DNA of 23,187 bases, from NCBI RefSeq assembly GCF_006345805.1, contig NW_021824238.1, positions 1-23,187 of the forward strand, read 5' to 3'. Below are positions 19,436-23,187 of the stretch, one piece after another. Below the pieces are notes generated by a model. That model did no database searches. It had not been told where the DNA came from and worked only from the letters and a program-made list of their open reading frames with translations. The translations under genes were made by a program, and so were the position numbers. The stretch comes from Octopus sinensis. Lineage: Eukaryota. Each line of letters starts with the position of its first letter. Position 1 is the stretch's first letter.

Positions 19436-20219
19436 CAGGGTTATTGATGAAGAACGAACCGATTTTATTTTAATAAGGAAAAGCAGTAGAAAACTCTAGC
19501 TAAATCACAAGTATTTACTCTGGTTCAACTTTTATTTCCTGTCTTCTTAGCACACCCCAGATAGTAGATTAAGGGATCACAAGCTCACGGTAAGTTCGAT
19601 TTGTGGACTTCCACGGGCTCCCCTCAAACACAGCACGGATTTTCGCCAGTTGTTTCTCCGAAACTTGGGATCATCTTGGACTTTTCCTTTACACAGAAAC
19701 CCACTGTCTAGAAACTGTTGAAACCCCTGTCGAATATTCTTAGGAGAGGACAGATTAATGTCAATTTGACTTCGAGAAGCACGCTGCGCTGTGAAAACGA
19801 GTCTGTTTTTGCGAACTCGAGAACGCAGAAGAACGCCTTTTACTGAGGACTCGGTCGTTTTGAGTATAAACAAACAACTGAAAGTTGCCGGAAGAACGAC
19901 GGGACTACAGCGCCCCTGTGGCAGCCATTGAAAACTTAGAAAGTTCCACCAGCTACCCACTAGCCTCGATGACCTTAAACTTTGAATAACAACAACGATC
20001 AACTCAGTGGTTCGTGATAATCTGATACGCGTCTGGGAGGAATTCTCTCATCGCATCGATATTGTCTGTGCCGCAGGGGGTGGCCATGTGAACGCTTGTG
20101 AGACGGAACTAAAAGCTGATTGTGAGTAAATAGTTGGGACTTAGCTGGAGGTTTTCTATTGCATTTCCTTATTAAAATATTGCATAATGAAATCGCTTCA
20201 TACTTATTGAATAACCCTG
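19436..20219. mobile_element. maT/DD37D-like relic with internal inversion (copy 2)
   Basis: Near-identical to 15910-16691. Confidence 0.82.
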
Positions 20220-20247
20220 TGTATATATGTAATATATATATATATAT

Positions 20248-20789
20248 ACGTTTAAATATTTGTTGTGCAAGATTTTTTTTTTTATGTGAAGTCGTGTGTT
20301 GAAACAGATATTGTTATATTTCGGAATGGTCATATTGCCAGTTTAGCCAATAAAAACACACGCACTATATATTTGGTGTTATTTTGCTTCAGTGATATTT
20401 ATTTTTACATTAATCTTAATCTTATTTCGGCAAAGTTCTTTCGTCACACTCCTGTGACCGCATCAGTGGTCCTTTGTTTTCTTCTCACTACTTGTGTCTC
20501 TCCTTACTAACCGTCAGCCATTTTGTATTTCTATTGTATGTCTTCATTTGCGCATGCTTATATCTCTATGTGCGTCTATGTTTATTTAGTGTGTGTGTGT
20601 GAGGGGGATGCCTGTAATATTTGTATCTTCTGGTTATATACATTCTTGTAATTTGTATTTTGTTTTTGTTGTTGTTGCTTTTGTTCTAATTTTGTTCATG
20701 TGTTTACATCCACCCATTATTATCATTACATATGCTTGTATGTATGTATAACAACAATATTAGTAATAATAATAATAAATCTAATCGAA

Positions 20790-20856
<67 letters not shown>

Positions 20857-20873
20857 CATATATATACATATAC

Positions 20874-20904
<31 letters not shown>

Positions 20905-21727
20905 TATACACACATACATACACATATACATATATATAGTTATTCATTTCTATTTCTTTAATTATCTGTGTATTTATTATGTTTGCAGGATCCACTATCG
21001 TCATATGTTGTGGTGTGCGCTATTGCTCCATTCTAGTTTTCTATTCAGGCTAGGTTTATTTTCTATTATATGTGTAGCTTCTGTAATTTGTCTAATTGTT
21101 GCATCTGTTCTATGTGTGGACAATATCTTAATCTCTATGTTATTGATTGATCCCCCGTGTTCTTGTTCAGCGTGTTGGTACAGAATCGATGAGCTTTCAC
21201 CTTCCTTGAGTTGTCTCCAATGTTCATTCACCCGCTTACCAATGCTTCTTGCTGTTTCCCCTACGTATGTTACTGTCTTGTTACTGCATCGTCCCTCTAT
21301 ACATCTTATACTATAGACCACATTTCTGGCTTTACAGTTTGTTTGTGGGCTAAATCTACATACATTGCAATAGTTGTCCGTACAGAGAGTTCTACTAAAA
21401 GGATAGCTTCTACCAATTATAGATCTGATAGGGTTGCCTGGCTTTTCAACAACCTAATTCTTAGTTTAAGTTTATCTAGGGTCCTTCTAAAGCGGTACGC
21501 CAGTTCACCTCCAGGGGTGGTGTCAACGAACATGACACTCTGGTATTTATGGCTATCATACCAAGAGTTGGCCTTCCCTATTTTCTTTTTTGTCCTTTCT
21601 ATGTGTTCCATGACTTGTTCCTATAGAGTGGGCAAATCCCATTCCTATCATTATATAATATATATCAAATTTCTTCATGGCTCCTTTGTATACTCTGACC
21701 CTTTCTTATGGCTGTAACCTGAGAACT
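20248..21727 (-). mobile_element. 5'-truncated Penelope-like element, inverted arm 2
   Basis: ORF 21001-21321 is the GIY-YIG domain. Otherwise near-identical to 16722-18192. Confidence 0.88.
20429..20472 (-). ncRNA. Non-canonical hammerhead-like motif in the PLE 3' tail (copy 2)
   Basis: Same as 16901-16945 except one base fewer in the 3' arm of helix I. Confidence 0.42.
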
Positions 21728-21749
21728 ACCAGTGTCTAGTACTGGTAGT

Positions 21750-23187
21750 CTATGGTACTGAACTCTGCTGGCTAGAAATGTGAAAAGTAAAACCCAATCC
21801 TTCATTCATACTATGCAAAACCCAATCCTTCATTCATACTATGCAAAACCTATGGCCTCAAAATACCTGATCCACCGGAACTCAGCCATTGCGGGCAATG
21901 CCAAGTTCAATATTTTGATGGCAGACCTCGTCAGAATAATGAGAAATGTGTCACGCATGTGCGAGCCTACAGAATTAAAGAGACACATACAGTATTTCAT
22001 TCACCGCATGCAGTTCTCAGGTTACAGCCATAAAGAAAGGGTCAGAGTATACAAAGGAGCCATGAAGAAATTTGATAATATATTATGTAATGATAGGAAT
22101 GGGATTTGCCCACTCTATAGGAACAAGTCATGGAACACTATAGAAAGGAAAAAAGAAAATAGGGAAGGCCACTCTTGGTATGATAGCCATAAATACCAGA
22201 GTGTCATGTTCGTTGACACCACCCCTGGAGGTGAACTGGCGTACCGCTTTAGAAGGACCCTAGATAAACTTAAGCTAAGAATTAAGGTTGTTGAAAAGCC
22301 AGGCAACCCTATCAGATCTATAATTGGTAGAAGCTATCCTTTTAGTAGAACTCTCTGTACGGATAACTATTGCACTGTATGTAGATTTAGCCCACAAACA
22401 AACTGTAAAGCCAGAAATGTGGTCTATAGTATAAGATGTATAGAGGGACGATGCAGTAACAAGACGTAACATACGTAGGGGAAACAGCAAGAAGCATTGG
22501 TGAGCGGGTGAATGAACATTGGAGACAACTCAAGGAAGGTAAAAGCTCATCGATTCTGTACCAACACGCTGAACAAGAACACGGGGGATCAATCAATAAC
22601 ATAGAGAATTAAGATATTGTCCACACAGAGAACAGATGCAACAATTAGACAATTACAGAAGCTACACATATAATAGAAAATAAACCTAGCCTGAATAGAA
22701 AACTAGAATGGAGCAATAGCGCACACCACAACATATGACGATAGTGGATCCTGCAAACATAATAAATACAGATAATTAAAGAAATAGAAATGAATAACTA
22801 TATCTAGTATATGTGTATGTATGTGTGTATATGTGTGTGTATATGTGGAATTTATATGTATATGTATATATATGTGTATATATATATTATTATATATGTA
22901 TGTATGATATAGTATAATATATATATTATTTATATATATATATATTTTTTTTTTTTTCAATTAGATTTATTATTATTATTACTAATATTATTACTAATAT
23001 TGTTGTTATACATACATACAAGCATATGTAATGATAATAATGGGTGGATGTAAACACATGAACAAAATTAGAACAAAGCAACAACAACAAAAACAAAATA
23101 CAAATTACAAGAATGATATAACCAGAAGATACAAATATTACAGGCATCCCCCTCACACACACACTAAATAAACATAGACGCACATAG
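21750..23187 (+). mobile_element. 5'-truncated Penelope-like element, forward arm 2; tail runs off the window
   Basis: ORF 21780-22469 plus frameshifted continuation to the stop at 22736-22738. 22930-23187 is the reverse complement of 17039-17250. Confidence 0.9.

Larger units (their letters stand above)
15860..22940. repeat. Two tandem copies of a ~3.53 kb composite unit (~15860-19400 and ~19400-22940)
   Basis: CAGGGTTATTGATG at 15910 and 19436; junction hairpin at 18190 and 21725. Units differ mainly by small indels and join within (TA)n. Confidence 0.9.

Noticed and set aside
18215-22738. Naiad/Chlamys-type or selenoprotein-encoding PLE
   Set aside because: The endonuclease is C-terminal here, and no in-frame TGA at Cys positions is seen in the reconstructed portion.

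Overview
Eukaryotic, AT-rich, almost entirely repeat-derived DNA with no recognisable host gene. The SINE types and microsatellite load suggest an octopus/coleoid cephalopod genome (inference from recalled families, not a search). Left third: a decayed mariner transposon (- strand, ~529-3940) interrupted by a 4-copy piggyBac-type MITE array and two internally multimerised SINEs. Middle: many tRNA-derived SINEs built from interchangeable head/body/tail modules, microsatellites, a Penelope-like (PLE) GIY-YIG fragment missed by the ORF track, an L1/Tx1-like LINE 3' end, and several hammerhead-ribozyme (HHR)-like motifs. Right third: a ~3.53 kb unit present twice in tandem. Each unit holds a maT/DD37D-like relic with an internal inversion plus a head-to-head pair of 5'-truncated PLE copies, whose 3' tail carries a non-canonical HHR-like motif. 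Most listed ORFs are microsatellite or antisense artefacts. Alignments and folds were done by eye, so boundaries are approximate to a few bases.
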